Numbered from the whole stretch's first letter, positions 12,166-25,881 are shown. The stretch: 63,651 nt of DNA, filler included, from Atractiella rhizophila (GCA_021432655.1; 7 parts of 7 records of this genome joined end to end with filler, not necessarily neighbours in it), one strand, 5' to 3'. Notes: generated by a model not told the origin, from the letters alone. Numbers and translations: made by a program.

Positions 12166-14757
12166 TCAGGATGGTGTGGCAGTTGCGGCAGGCGTTGGCC
12201 CAGGTTGCTGTAGTGAATGTGGATGTAAAGACGGAATCTGGAGGCCAGGATACCGTCTTTGAAGAGCTAGCGCTTCAGCTCTCACCTGCAGATATTGTGA
12301 AAATGTTGGCTATATGATGGTAGCAGACTCACATTTCGATCTGTGGCATACCTAATCGCCTTGAAAATCAGGACTTTGGCTCGCTCTCTTGCCTGTATAG
12401 ACCCCATCTGTTGCCATTTCGTAATGGCGTACTTGGCAATGAAGACTCTGCCTGCAGCTACGTGCTCTTCCTGTTTTTCCGGCTTCGTACAAACCCCGAA
12501 ATCCACAATGTCTGCGACCAGACTATGGAACTTCAGCGCTTCCTCGTACACGCCCAACTGCTCATAAAGTTTGGCGATTTTGATGGGCATTTGGACCTCT
12601 CCTGGTTCGCAGGATATGAGAGCCCGCTTGAAACACCGGATCGCTTCGTGATGCCTTGGCGAAATAGTTAGATGACGTAGGGAAAGGAGAGCAAAGCCAC
12701 ACCTCCCAAGCCTCGCATACACCTCACCCAGATTCTGCCACATTCGAACATCGTACGGCCTATCATGCGCTCGATCAGATTTCAGCATATCAGCTGCAAT
12801 CGGCGCACCGTGATGCTGTTGCTCGACTAAAATACCAAAGAGCATGGTGCGCCATGTCGGCCATGTACTCCTGTCCCAAGCCGAACCACGCACGATAATC
12901 CTTCAAGTTTGTGCCTGGAATTCCATTAACTGGTTGTCCTTCCTCAAAAAAACGTCTTACAGAGGGCTCGCCGGTAGCCCTCTACGCAGGCCGCTTTGTT
13001 CTTCTGTTCAATGAACTCGTGTCCCAGGAGAGTCCATGCAGAAAGGTAGTTGAGATCCATTTTGAGCGCATTCATAAACATATCCTTCGCAGCTGCGTGG
13101 TCGTGTGTTGCTGAGAAGTAGTTGCCTTTATTTAAATTAGCTCTTGCGCAAAGGGGACTGGAATGAGCTGCCAACCAATGAGGCAACTTGTCTCTGGTCG
13201 AGAAACATCGATCTCTGAATACTGTCGTGCAAGTTGTGCTAACTTCCCTTTCTGCTCCATCATGTAAAGAATGTTGGAGTAAAGGTCTACGTCGTCTAGC
13301 CGGTAAGGGTCAGATTTGAAGATGTCCTGATATATGCCAGCAGCGATTTCGAATTCTAGTCGTTTTAAGTCAAGATCAAAGATTCGAATGATGTGAGCTA
13401 ACCTCGCAAATGGTAGGCTGTCAGAGCGCTCATCCCTTCCAAGGTTTTACTTTTTGGGAATAATTTGATCAGGGCTACTAGGAACGGCCTCAGTAATTCA
13501 GAAGCAGAGTGAATCTCCATGGTCGCTTGAATTTGGTAAAAGACTGTAAAAGGCTCGCAAAGGGTGGGATTCGGAAGCGAGGCCTGGAATTCATGACACT
13601 ATTTTGTTGTCAGCACCTAGCCGACGAAAGGAAGCAGCAGAAGGCATACTTCTTGGGCGGAAGCGTATAGCTCACAAAGCTTCTCCCATGCTGACCAATT
13701 GTAGGAATAAGCATTCACACTCTTGACGAGGCACGCGATGGCGTCTTTCCTTCTTGAACAACAAACGCTGACAACCCCTTTTCTTCCCACTGCTAAGTTA
13801 GATGGCGTGTAATCTTAAAACAAGGGTGAACATACAAGTAGAGCAGAAAGCCACATGGTCGCTGAGCTCGCAATGCCATATCGTTTAGTTTCTTGTCAAT
13901 GTCGGCTATAATATCGATCATCTCGGGTTGGAACGTTGTGCTCCTGTCAGTTGGACTAAATAATTGTCCATGCTGGATCCGGCTCGTCTTCTCTAGCGCC
14001 TGTACCATATAAGTCAATGCATGCATCTGAAAGACATGAGGGCCTACTAAAAACCGCGAATAACAACGCAAAAAAATGCACTTCGCACTATGACAGTCTC
14101 GAAGGAGGAGAGAAGCGTTTTCAAACTCCTTGTCGTCAAAATATGCCTTCCCAAGCAAGTAAAAGTCTTCCTCCTGCTCTTCTAATATTCTTTCTACTTC
14201 GTCTGGACCCAGATTGCTCTTCTTCGGAAGTACAGGACTGAGATTGATATCTTCTGCTTTTCCTTCAGGTACTTGAATGATGTGGATACTAGCATCTCGC
14301 TTCCGAGTCTCGTCTTCAAACTCTGCCAAATCTTTCATCAAAAACTTCCCCGTCAGCTCTCTTGCGTCCATCATAGATGTATCTCCATCCTCTGACACCT
14401 CAGACGATGTCTCGCGAGGTATTTTCTGAATATTAGACGCGTCTGGATCGAGAACCTCCATGGATATGTCGGGTGCGAGAGGAGGACGCAATTCGTCGGC
14501 GGCACTTGCTAATGGTTGTGTGGGGTTTGACTCTTCATCTTCCATAGATATCAGGAGTTCTGCCGCCCTTTACGCGTATGTTTATTAGCGTCAACAGAGG
14601 TGGGGGTAGTAACCAACCATCGGGAGGCGACATGGAGTCCTCGTTCACTGCACAAGGTATGAGCAGCCTTCAACTCTTTTCGCACTTTAATTTTGATGCC
14701 AGGGTACATGTTGAAGTCCACTGGAGGAGGATTTGGGAGTGCTGGATAGGAAGTCAT
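12166..14757 (-). CDS. CDC23: Anaphase-promoting complex subunit 8 (Cdc23), multi-exon
   Basis: [46 protein letters not shown]...[33 protein letters not shown] motifs. Confidence 0.92.
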
Positions 14758-14950
14758 GTTGTTCAGTTGGCTGGTGTGTTAGAATAACAACCGCAGACAA
14801 GGGAAGTTAAAGCTAAGTTCTGGTTGTCATTTCAAATTGATACCAAAACTTGTGACTCCTAGTAGCGAAGCGGCGTTTGCGTTTTCCTTTGGTCTTCTCA
14901 GGAAAGGACAGGCAAACGTTGATCGCCGTAGGAGGTTGCAGGGCTAAGCT

Positions 14951-17419
14951 ATGGAGCAGAAAGTCCGCGCTATGCCACACCCTGTCAGCGTTTCCGACAA
15001 CAGTGACCGATCCAAGGGCTCCAGCGTTCTGACGAAGATATTAGCTATTTCTCTATTCGTGTGGCTGTATTTCGGATACAACAGTTATCACTTTTTGTGC
15101 CGAGCCCCAACAACCAATTCAGAGCACGCAAAGGAATTATTGCACAATGGTCGTCCCCTTCCGCCCATATGGACGCCATGTTTTGATTCTCCGAGACACG
15201 AAGCCAACTTGTTGTGCTCTATGATACCAGTGCCGCTCAACCACTTCGATCTGACAGACGAACGGAGCTATCAGATTGCCGTGTCCATGATTCCTGCGAA
15301 GACAGGAGAGAGGAAAGGAGCTCTCTTTCTTAGTTAAGAAGTTTTCTTCTGCAAATATTATAACTCAACCTATTGTAGATCCTGGAGGTCCAGGAAAGTG
15401 AACATTTGAGGAAGCATCGGCCGGAACTGACCTCCCTTCTTAGGTGGAAGTGGTACTGCGCAAGTACAAGGTGCGCAAATGATATCGATTTATGTTCTAA
15501 AAGAATGTACTCATCGGAACAAAGGTATGAGGGGACCTGCGATATGGAGAGTGTTGAAAGGTATGTTATTTTCGCAGCTTGACATGCGCTGACAGATCTG
15601 CAGGGCAATACGATATCGTTGGTTTGTCATGGTCATTGGAGCGGCGTACCCGCCTCACATTTCCATGAACAGGCTTTGATCCACGAGGAATCAATTTGAC
15701 TAAACCAGGCATAAGCTGCTTCGATACCCTTGCCGAACAGTATCTCTACAGTATCGCTGTACCTTCTAGTCTGGACATTCCCAGCAATCTGTCTCTCCTT
15801 CGACCGCACGACATCGATTCACAGTTGGGAATCTACCGTGCCAGCCTCACGGGAGTCGCAAATAAATGTATCGAGAAACATGGCGACTATCTCAAATATG
15901 TCAGCACAGCCGATGTCGTTAGGGACATCGACTGGATGGCTCGGGCTATCGGTGGTCAGGATGCGAAAGTGTAGGCTTGTCTTCCATTGCTGCTGTTCTT
16001 GTATTGATGGCGTCTCCAGAAACTTTTGGGGGTTTAGGTACCTTGCCTTGCAACTCCGACAATTTGGAACAGGCTGACATGAAGGCAGTTACGGGACGAT
16101 AATAGGCCAATACCTCGTGCAATTGCTCGAACCTTCACGTATCGGCCACGTCGTCATCGACGGTGTCGTCGATCCCAATCTCTGGGTCGATTATGGAATA
16201 GAGGAGATGGCTGACGGTTTGGACGATATTGACAATGGTTCGTTTCTTCTGTAGTTTTGCTTGCTCAAATCTATTCTAACTTGTCTGTAGTTTTATACTC
16301 TTTTGCTGAATCCTGCCTCTCAAATGGACCTTCGCTTTGTCCCTTGGCTGCACACTTCTCGAAGGCTTCCGACCTTTTGGAAGCAATGGATGCGCTCATC
16401 GATTCTCTTTACCTCTCTCCACAACCTTCTAGCTCCAAAAACATCCCTTCATTGATCTACCGCGCCGGTCATATTCGTCAGGCGTACTTCCAGATCACCT
16501 ACAGAACATCTCAGTGGAAATCCTTCTCAGAGGCATTGGAAAAAGCCCTATTTCCAAAGGAGAAGGAAGAACCGTTGAAAGAGCTTGTGGACATGTTTCA
16601 CTCGGGTCTACCGGCTAACGTTACTCTTGCGAATGCAACAACGATGCCGGGTAGAAGCGTATTTGCTGGGTGCGGATTTTCATTCGATGTTGCCTAGGCA
16701 CCTTCTAAACCTGAACCCGTTCTCAGGAATTGCGTTGTGTGTGCGGATTCCCGACCATACGACGAAGAACGGCCTCCTCCAACAACGGAGGAATTTGCTG
16801 ATTATCTTCTGAAGACGTTAGAGAAGTATTCGAGCAGAATGGGAGACGGGTTTCAAACCACGGCTCATTGTGACTTGTGGAAGATAGACTGGCAGAACCG
16901 GTTTGTGCTCTCCTCAATACATCGCAGCCAGTTAATGCATCAACGAATAGATATCCTGGCCCATTCGGTTTGCCAAATAACACTTTGGAACTACCAATGC
17001 TCATAACCTCTCAGCACTTTGACCCTGTTTGCCTCTCCACACAGCTGTTGATTAATATTAAGCTGAATTCCACTGTCTAGGTCACCCCTCTCTTACACGC
17101 AAAACGAGCATGGAATCGCCTTGGTTCAAACGCACGCCTCCTGGAGCAAGTTGACGGCTGGGGACATTGCGCAATTGGACAGACGAGCTATTGTACCGCC
17201 AAAGTGCTCCAGAACTATTTCACGGAAGACATCATCCCCGAGCCTTACACGACATGCAAGGTGGATCAGGTTCCTTTCCAACCGTGGAACGATACCCAAG
17301 TGGCAGAGAGTTTGAGGGAGGTCGCGCTCGTAACGCCGGGTCAGGAAGATGATACGGCTCAGTTATTGAGGGACTGGAGTTTGATAGGTGAGGGTATTGG
17401 ACTGCCATGGAACATTTAA
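14951..17419 (+). CDS. TAP-like alpha/beta hydrolase (tripeptidyl-aminopeptidase-like) with N-terminal TM anchor, multi-exon
   Basis: PGGPG, GFDPRGI, STADVVRDIDWM, WGFSYGT nucleophile elbow, VIDGVVDP, DPVTPL, GWGHCA. Confidence 0.85.
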
Positions 17420-17488
17420 AAGGGATAAAGGGAAACGTTCCCATGATTAGTACAAAATCGAATTATGAGAGCTTTGTACTGGATCGAA

Positions 17489-17955
17489 TCATGATAGCTC
17501 AGGGGAATAAAATGGATGCTGAGATATACTCGCAATTAGTCGACATGTTCATATTCCTTAACTAGAGAATACGTACGACTTGCATGCTGTCCCACTTTGA
17601 AGAGAAGTCTTCTCGTGACGGTAAAAGTCCCATCGAATTGGCCTTGTAGAATCCCACACCGACTAAGAGCAGTTGGCAAATCACGAACATTGCCTTTTGG
17701 GGAAGCAATGATTGTGTAGGTTGTGGTGTGCCCTTCGAGCCTGGAGCATGTATCGGTGCAGCAAGCGGCTGAAAAGCTGCTTACCCCCACACGTCACCAC
17801 TTCCTTCCACCATGAACAAGGCAAAGGGAGAACGACACACTCTTATTGACGCCCATGACACCACCAATAACATTCTTGAACAGCATATAAAGCATGAACA
17901 AGCTGTAAATCTGAATCGAGTTTCCCGACATGTACATCATGAACCCCTGCATTGG
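17489..17955 (-). CDS. EMC4: ER membrane protein complex subunit 4 (TMEM85), 5' truncated
   Basis: Reverse strand reads PMQGFMMYMSGNSIQIYS and QKAMFVICQLLLVGVGFYKANSMGLLPS. Confidence 0.8.
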
Positions 17956-18055
17956 NNNNNNNNNNNNNNNNNNNNNNNNNNNNNNNNNNNNNNNNNNNNT
18001 TAATTAATTAANNNNNNNNNNNNNNNNNNNNNNNNNNNNNNNNNNNNNNNNNNNN

Positions 18056-18401
18056 CCCGATAATGCTAGCCAAAAGCTGAGCCGAGGACACGAAGCTATA
18101 AAATTGCACATACACATCTCTGACTACTTCCGGCGCGATGAGATTACGCTCGTCTTCCCCTTTCAACTCTTTGCAGCATACTTTTGTGGGGCGATTGTGC
18201 TTGTCACACTGAGCAGACAACTGTCATTGTCTCGTCTTCTAGGCAATAGTAATAACACACCTTCATATTCAAAGGCTCCTCAATGTCGTCCAGCCCTTGC
18301 CTCTCGTTTAGCTCCCAAATTGGCCGCTTCCTTGCTTGCTGTTGCACCTCCTTCGACCTTGGAGGCAAAGTCAACGAACTGCTGCCATTGTTGGAGTCCA
18401 T
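18056..18401 (-). CDS. CCC1: VIT1/Ccc1 vacuolar iron/manganese transporter, 5' fragment
   Basis: Spliced: MDSNN...NMK|CDKHNRPTKVCCKELKGEDERNLIAPEVVRD|xIIG, the lead-in to the IIGLSDGL motif; cut by the linker. Confidence 0.7.
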
Positions 18402-18821
18402 TATTTTGCAACGCTTTGGTGTATCGAAGTCGTCTTATTACGTTCACGTTGAGCTTAAGAGGACAGAATGTGGCAAGTTATTTGGGCTTTTATATGACGA
18501 AGATGACAAACAAAGTACTTCTATTGGTCAACCCAATCTCGTTCATTATTGCTGCGTAACCATGTGCCAGCTTTCCTTCTTTGGAATTGTGCAGCAAGCC
18601 CCCAAAGCTTGCAGTTTCACCCTTAGCCTGCTCCTAAACAGTCGTTGAGGAACGACGTCTCGATTCAGCGAAGCGAAGCCTTTTAGCAAGTCCAAACGCC
18701 CGATAAGCAGGAGCCAAGGAATATAAATTTTATTGTGGTTACTTTTGGTATGTAATTCAAGCATTGTTGTCTCAAATTTCTTAAGGGTTGGTCGGTTGTG
18801 TTGCTTCCAGTGAGCATTACG

Positions 18822-19877
18822 ATGGCTACTCTGATAGCTCGGACCCTGCCGCAGAAGCTTTCTGCCAAAATTGTTATCCGCACATTTTCGAGTGCTCCCA
18901 AAGGATGTCGTGTTGCACTTCCCCACCTCGCCGCCAACGCGTTCAAGACTTCAACTCGAACTTTCTCGGTTGCCAGTGTGCAAATGACCGCTCAGAAAAC
19001 CACGGACGTCAAGAAGACGAGTGCTGCAGCGACCGAAAAGGCTGGAAAACGTAAGAAGGCAACGCATCCGGATCAACCTAAGAAACGTGCGTTCCTCAGT
19101 TTCTAACAATGCAGTTGTGCTGAATGGAAGCGTACATATAGTGAAATCGGTTGTGAAACCACCTAAGGTTCCAGCAAGCGCATCAATGCAGTTTGCGAAG
19201 GAATTTGCTGCCGTATGTCTCCTTTGAGTCAAAAACGCAACAGCACTGACTACCATGGGCATCGGTAGATATCAAAGGCGGAAGGGAAGAAATACAACAT
19301 GTCAGAGATGCACGCTGCATGGAAGAACCTCTCTCCAACGGAGCGTGAAGTATGTTTCTGTCTTTCAAGTTGCATCTAAGCAACTTGGAACAGGTTTACA
19401 AACAACGATCGCTCCAAGCCAAGCGAGATTACGAGGTGGAACTCCAGAGGTTCATGGCGTCTCTTTCTCCAGCTGAGATCGAGTACGAGAATCGAGTTCG
19501 AAAACAAAAGGCCAGCAACAGCAAGAAGAACAAGCGAGCTTATCTCTTGGTTGACCCTCGAAAGCCCAAGCGGCCTATCAATGGCTATCTACGGTTCAAT
19601 GACGCTGCGCGTGCCGACCCTGCCAAGTTCAACCTCACTCTGTCGACCGAACCAGCCAGGCAAGGAATCATAGCCAATCAGAGATTGTTTGCAGAAAAAT
19701 GGAGGACTATGTCGGATGAAGAGAAGAGGGTATGCTCGTCTCTTCATTTCCCAAAAGGCAGAAATTGACTTGGGCTCGTAGCCTTTCGTTGCCGAGGCGG
19801 AACAAGAATTGGCGAAGTACGAGATCCAGTTGGCAGAGTATAAGAGGGAGAGGGGTACAGATACCGAACATAAGTAG
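18822..19877 (+). CDS. Double HMG-box protein with mitochondrial-targeting-like N-terminus (Abf2/TFAM-like)
   Basis: Basic, Ser/Thr-rich presequence. Box 1 PPKVPASA...WKNLSPTEREVYKQ; box 2 DPRKPKRPINGYLRF...AEKWRTMSDEEKRPF. Confidence 0.8.
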
Positions 19878-20130
19878 AGGTTTTGGAGAACAACCCCAAT
19901 TTTCTTCGCCTTCGTGACTTGCGATGTTTAATCATCGATGTGTCCACCTCTTTTCGCTTTTGTTATTTCATGAACCACGAGCCAACGTGGTTTATTGTTT
20001 GAGATACCTTGCAACTACTCAAGTTTCCGATTCCGTGTTCAACAAGGGCCGTACGAGTGCCAATGGACTATAAAGAGCAATGAAGAACAAAATCACTCAT
20101 TAAGGGGCAAGAACAGGTATCCAAATAGTT

Positions 20131-21632
20131 TTAGGATCGGTAAAGGGCACGTTTAGCGACTTTGACAATGACCGAGGTCTCAGGGAAAGCCATTCGCTCC
20201 AAGTTAGCAGCGTAAGGTGTGGGCAGGTCAGCTCCCGTCACACGCTCTACTGGCGCATCCAAACTGCCAAAAAAAAATATGAGAAATGGACGCAGGAAGG
20301 TAAGGGGACGCACTAATCGAATGCCTCGCTCTCAAGAATTTGAGCTGCAATTTCTGCTCCGACACCGAACATGGGGAAACCTCCTTCAACAGTGACCAAC
20401 CTACCCAGCGAAGTCAGATGGGAGGAGAATAAACGAGTGGAAGCATACCGGTTGGTCTTTTTGACGCTGGCAACGATGGTATCCATATCAAGAGGTCTGA
20501 TACTCCTCAGATTGATAACCTCCGCCTTCACGCCTTCCTCCTTCTCCAAAATCTCCGCCGCCTCCATACAAAGCGAAACCATCCTGGAGTGCCCCACCAG
20601 GGTGATGTCTTTGCCCTCTCGCTCAACCTTCGCCTTGCCAATGGGGATGAGGAAGTCGTCTTTGAGCGCCTCCTTGGAGACGGGGAAAGAGGCACCGTAG
20701 AGGATTTCGTTTTCGAGGACACAGACTGGGTTGGGATCACGGATGGCGGACTTCAGGAGACCCTTGCAGTCTTCCGCTGACCAGGGGGAAACAACTTTCA
20801 ATCCCGGGATCTGGCCGTACCTGATGCAGAGTAAGCTTCACGAAGAGTGCAATGTATGTGCAAGGCAGAGACGGACCAAGCGGCATAGTCTTGAGAGTGT
20901 TGAGCGGCCACACCAGCAGCTGCTCCGTTGGGACCACGGAAAACGATTGGGCATGGAACGTTTCCGCCAGACATGTAGTACGTCTTTCCTGCTGAGTTGA
21001 CAATTTGGTCAATAGCCTATGTGTCTATGTAAGCTCCAGCCGCAAAGTGGGAGGTAAAACACACACCTGCATGGCAAAGTTCCAAGTCATGAACTCGCAG
21101 ATTGGGCGAAGACCAGCGAAAGCAGCTCCAACTGCAAGACCCGCGAACCCCATCTCGGTAATTGGCGTGTCCACCACACGCTTGTCGCCATATTTATCCC
21201 ACAAACCCTTTGTTACCTGACAAGAAACAGGGATGAGGCGAAGTCCATCAACTAAAGGACGCGCCATACCTTGTAAGCTCCGTTATACTGAGCCACCTCC
21301 TCTCCAAGAATGAAAACATTCGGGTCTCGGGTCATCTCCTCATCCATAGCCTGGTTCAGCGCTTCACGGCAGGTCATCTTCCTCCATCCAAAACAGTTGC
21401 ATAAACGTCAACAATTCCCTTCCCATTCGTCAAACGATAGAATGCGCACCTCCCCACCCTCTTGACTAGAAGCCGACCTCTTCTGTCCGACTAACGAAGG
21501 CCTAGCATTGATCATAGCAGCCTTAACACCGACCGTCTTCTGCCATGCTGGAGAAGGGATGGACAGCCGGCTCGAGTTGGAAAATTGGCGGAGAGTCGTG
21601 GACACAGGGCGGAGTAATGAGCGGCTGGCCAT
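20131..21632 (-). CDS. PDB1: Pyruvate dehydrogenase E1 beta subunit
   Basis: [64 protein letters not shown]. Confidence 0.97.
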
Positions 21633-21986
21633 GATGTTGATAAAATTATTTGGAGGGCGAAAGACAGAAAGGAAGCGAAGAACGACACGCGGTGGTTTGG
21701 TGAGCTTGGGGTTGGAAATTTTTGGGTCAACTCAACTCGGCACCCCGGCCCAGTCGCATTTTTAGAGATTGTGACATTCCACATTCCACCAAATACTCTC
21801 TGTCTTTGGACAAAGCTGTTGATATGAAGCAAAAAGACGAAAGCATGAAAGTACTGATCAGATGAATGTTCACGAACTTGAGTCTATATACAGGTGCTTC
21901 CAGCAAAAGATTCTTACACTCCAACATGAAATCTGGCTCATTCAATCTGGTACCAACGAGCGATTGATCCTCTGAATCAAATATCT

Positions 21987-23852
21987 CTATGCGACAACTT
22001 TCTTCACATCATCCTTCCGTTCCTCCGGTACCTCATCAGGGAGAAGCGGCGTCTTCGTAACACGGGGAGTAGTGAGATCGCTGAGGGCTTCATCAGTATT
22101 AGCGTATCCATTAGTTTTCAACGAGATCTCCTGAATCTGCTTGACGACCTTCCTATTCTCATCTTCATCGACGTTGGACGTGCTAGACCGCCTCGAAGAG
22201 AATGAGGACGGCGTGTTCGTGCCGCTGCTCCCTCTGAAGATAGAGCTTTCCGGCGTCTCAATGGTGTTCGGATCGGGAGCTTGATCCCCCATTACGTCGT
22301 CGCCACAGTCGTGTGACGCCGTATCTTTCCTAGAAGGCCGACGCGGTCGTTCTTCTTCCTTCAAATCCTCTTCAGAGACATGGGTGTGTTCCGCCGCGGC
22401 GGTGCCATTCACCATCTCTCCATTCGGTTTAGTCTCTTCCTGCTCTACTTCTCCGCCCTTGATGATCCACTCATCCTCTCCCACCCTTCCTCCAGCCTTC
22501 TTCCACCGTTCGAACTGCTCCTCCCTTCTCTGCTTACACAGCTTTGCAAGGGCGGGGTAGAATTCTTCATGCTTGTATTCAAAGTCGAGGTCTCCTTTGA
22601 ACATTGCCTTTTCGAGTTGAGAGGGAGGAACGAGTGCACGGACGTCGGGATTGAAGCGGATCTTATCCTTCGTGATTGGGTCTATGAACGGACCTAGGAG
22701 CTTGTAAAATCCCCAGAAGAGCATTGGAACTGTGTTTCATTCACACCATCAATCAGTCTTCCATCCGTCTCTGGAAAATAAAAGGGGACGTAATAACGGA
22801 CCATTGATGCAAACTGCTCGTCCTAGCCTTTCACAATAATACGTTTGCAGAATCTCCAACACCTTCTTCGCCTGTCCCGGTGTCGTTGGTTGACCGCCAC
22901 CACCTACTCCAGACCCGAAATCGATCATGAGACAGAGATTCTCAACACCGGGAGGCATGAGATCTATTGCCCGTTCTAGTGTCCAGACCACGAACTGGAT
23001 CTGGCGGGGAGAAACTTTGGTATTTTGTCGGTAAGGATACATGTAAAGGCATGGCCGCCGATCTAATTCATTTGTCTTTCAGTCATTATAAGGAAACAAA
23101 GTAATGAAGAACGTACGATTGTCGTGTCCCAGCACCATCTGTTTACCGGTCTTGCTCTGTTAACAAGCAAAATCAGCCCCTTTCATTCTGCTGACAAGGC
23201 CCAAACGAGAAGCGCTGATGTAAAGCAGATGCGAAATGACAGGCATTCGCATCAAGTGCTTTCTGGCTCAACGATCCCAACAGCAAAAGTGTAGCAAATG
23301 ACATACCTCTTCCTCTACCACATCCTCTGTAAGCTCATCCACTCCATACTCCCTCCTCCAAGTCGTGGTGACTTCGGCCCGTTCCAACGTCCTGAATTCA
23401 TCACCCTTAACAGCCCTGAGGAATCGTCCAAACTGCTGACTGGTGAGAAACCATTTCTCCCACTCCGTAAGGGGACGCCAATCCTCTGGATGTTTTTGCT
23501 GCGCTTCGAGCGCTGCTTTTCGATATGAAGAATAGGACGGCGAGATTTGAGGAGAGGGAGAGTACCGAGAGGGTATGAATTTTGATCGAGATTTTTGAAA
23601 AGCCTTCAGCGCCTTCACGCTCGTGGCTGCGATGTCATCAATACAGCATCCGTTCCATTTCAAGAATCAATCAGAAAATACACTCATGACGGTTAAGACG
23701 GAAGACTCACGCAGGAGAAAGTCCGGGCTTCCAAAGTGAACAACAAGCGTCGCGATGATCTGTTCGTAATTCGGGATGGTCTGTATGGCGGGCGGAGGAG
23801 GAGGCAGCTGGGTGGTTGGATCTGGCTCAGGGATGGGAGATGAGACTGCCAT
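21987..23852 (-). CDS. CRAL-TRIO/Sec14-family lipid transfer protein (Pdr16/Pdr17-like)
   Basis: RFLRAVKG, TTWRREYGV, QIQFVVWTLERAIDLMPPGVE, ILQTYYCERLG, PFIDPITKDKIRFN. Confidence 0.9.
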
Positions 23853-25338
23853 GATGCTTGGAGGAGTGCAGCTGGTGGTTTGACGTAGAAAGAACTTGGA
23901 ATGGGATTCCGCCTTGCCTGGGCTTGGCCTTAGATAAACGCAAGCCATTGGCCGGGAGCTGTGAGACCGATCTGTGTCATAATCCAGCCCGACATTGGAC
24001 GACCGACATTTCACGTCCAAAGCTGTTCAATCATCAACACAGTCAAGCGGAATGTGAGGGTCATGCTGAGAGCCGTAGGAGGGTTGATTTCAAAGCAGCC
24101 CAGATTCGGAGGACGTGACTAAGGATGCTGACTGCCTGTCGCCAGTCGTAAGAATAAAGGTGTGTAAATCGCGTCCTAAAGTGCAGTGGGGAGGGATGGC
24201 GTGAAATGAGCAGAGGGCGACGTAGTAGGCGTTTCACGCACAAAGTTGCTGTGAAACGACGCGTTCAGCTTGTGAACTCCAATTTCAGACTCTACGTGAA
24301 ATATTGAACACGATATTTTAAACCATCTCAGTTTAAGGTCGCTTACTTGGATATATTATATTCAGTGCAACACATTTTGGTGCACGTTTCTTGAAATTAT
24401 CGAAGCAGTGTGTAAATTTGTGTGAAATATTACACATAAATAGTATGTGCCCTATGATGCCGTTTTGTTTTGAAAGTCACATGGAAATTCTGTCTTTTTC
24501 GTCGAGTAATGTGGCAGGCTATAGGTTATCCCTTCACGTCGAAGGTATTTGGCTGAAGTTCGGCGGAAAGAAATGGTACTGGAAATTCAGAAAATGAATA
24601 TACGTTTGTTCGGACGATTATATCGCTCAACATATTGCTAAGTACTGTATGCGGGCCGCATGCGAGCTTTACGAAGTAGGCCGGTGCCGATTAAACACAA
24701 AACAAAGAGAAAAGACGCGTTTTTCACTATCTTTGTGAAATTCTGCCTTGTTTGTTCATTTCTAGGTCCAAGTATTGGAGTTCGTGTTTTCTGATCACTG
24801 ACCAAAATTGTGAACGGACATTGTGAACGGAATCATTAACGAGTCTTTAAAAACCTAATATGCAAATGGAAATCGAATCGAAGTTGATGAAGAAGCCGAA
24901 GCAATCTGTTCCTTGTCCCTAAGCTCTCCCGAGCAAATCTTTCCGATTTGCCAATGTGCTGGATATGCTCGATGATAAGGCGTACGACGCTGAACTAGGA
25001 GTAGCAAATGCTCAGTCAGTATTATCATCAGAAGGAAATGACAATCTAACGTGGTATGACAATTATGTCAACCTGTTCTTAGACGAGTATGCGAATGTTA
25101 TGCAAGAGCATTGTCAGTTTGAGTGTCAAGCACAGCGTACACTTTCAATGCGGAAGATGATGGGCCGAAGGATTGCTAGTGGCCTCGATTGATCATGCCA
25201 CTATGATAATAAACACAAAGTATTGAGCGACAAGTCTATCTACATCACCAAATATTCCTATATTTTTCTACACTACGACAGTAAGACAGTTGGCTTGGAA
25301 AGCGTAGGAATGGCGGACCGTTTCTTCCATACGTACAT

Positions 25339-25881
25339 TCATGACTGAAGCGCAGGTCCTTCATCTCCATAAATGGGATCTCTATCAAACCACTTTAGTT
25401 TGCTGATCCTCTCCGTTACCTCCTCCAGTTCCGCTTCGTCTCCTTTACAATTATCCCAATTTGTTCCTTTTGGATAGCTCCCCACCATTTCATAACCTCC
25501 CTCCAAATCTTCCAACAGACGATGTGCCACTCCAGCAGGGACAATGATTACATCACCCTTCTTCACCGTCGTTTCCACACGCCCTGGATTCTCTTCACCC
25601 CCAAAACAGAGGGACGCGCTGCCTTGCGAGACGCAGAGGACTTCATGTGCTGTGGAGTGGAAGTGCGAGAAAGAATACATCGTATAGGTCCATTGCGGAG
25701 CGACCACTCCGATACTGGAAAGGTGGTTGGCGATTTCGGAGGAGGAGGTGGTAGAGGGGAAGACGGAGCGGTAGATTAGGAGTGGTTTTGAGAGGATGGA
25801 AGTGTTTGGGAAGCCCTTGAACAGTGGAATAGGGTGTTTCTCGACTCGGATGTCGTTCACGTTGGAAATTTGCACAGCCAT
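25339..25881 (-). CDS. YjlB-like cupin protein, intronless
   Basis: FSHFHSTAHEVLCV and GDVIIVPAGVAHR cupin motifs; VGSYPKG and DPIYG. Confidence 0.85.
   Translation of the reverse strand: MAVQISNVNDIRVEKHPIPLFKGFPNTSILSKPLLIYRSVFPSTTSSSEIANHLSSIGVVAPQWTYTMYSFSHFHSTAHEVLCVSQGSASLCFGGEENPGRVETTVKKGDVIIVPAGVAHRLLEDLEGGYEMVGSYPKGTNWDNCKGDEAELEEVTERISKLKWFDRDPIYGDEGPALQS

Noticed and set aside
17489..18401. One gene spanning the linker at 17956-18055
   Set aside because: The two sides encode unrelated proteins (CCC1 5' end and EMC4 3' end).
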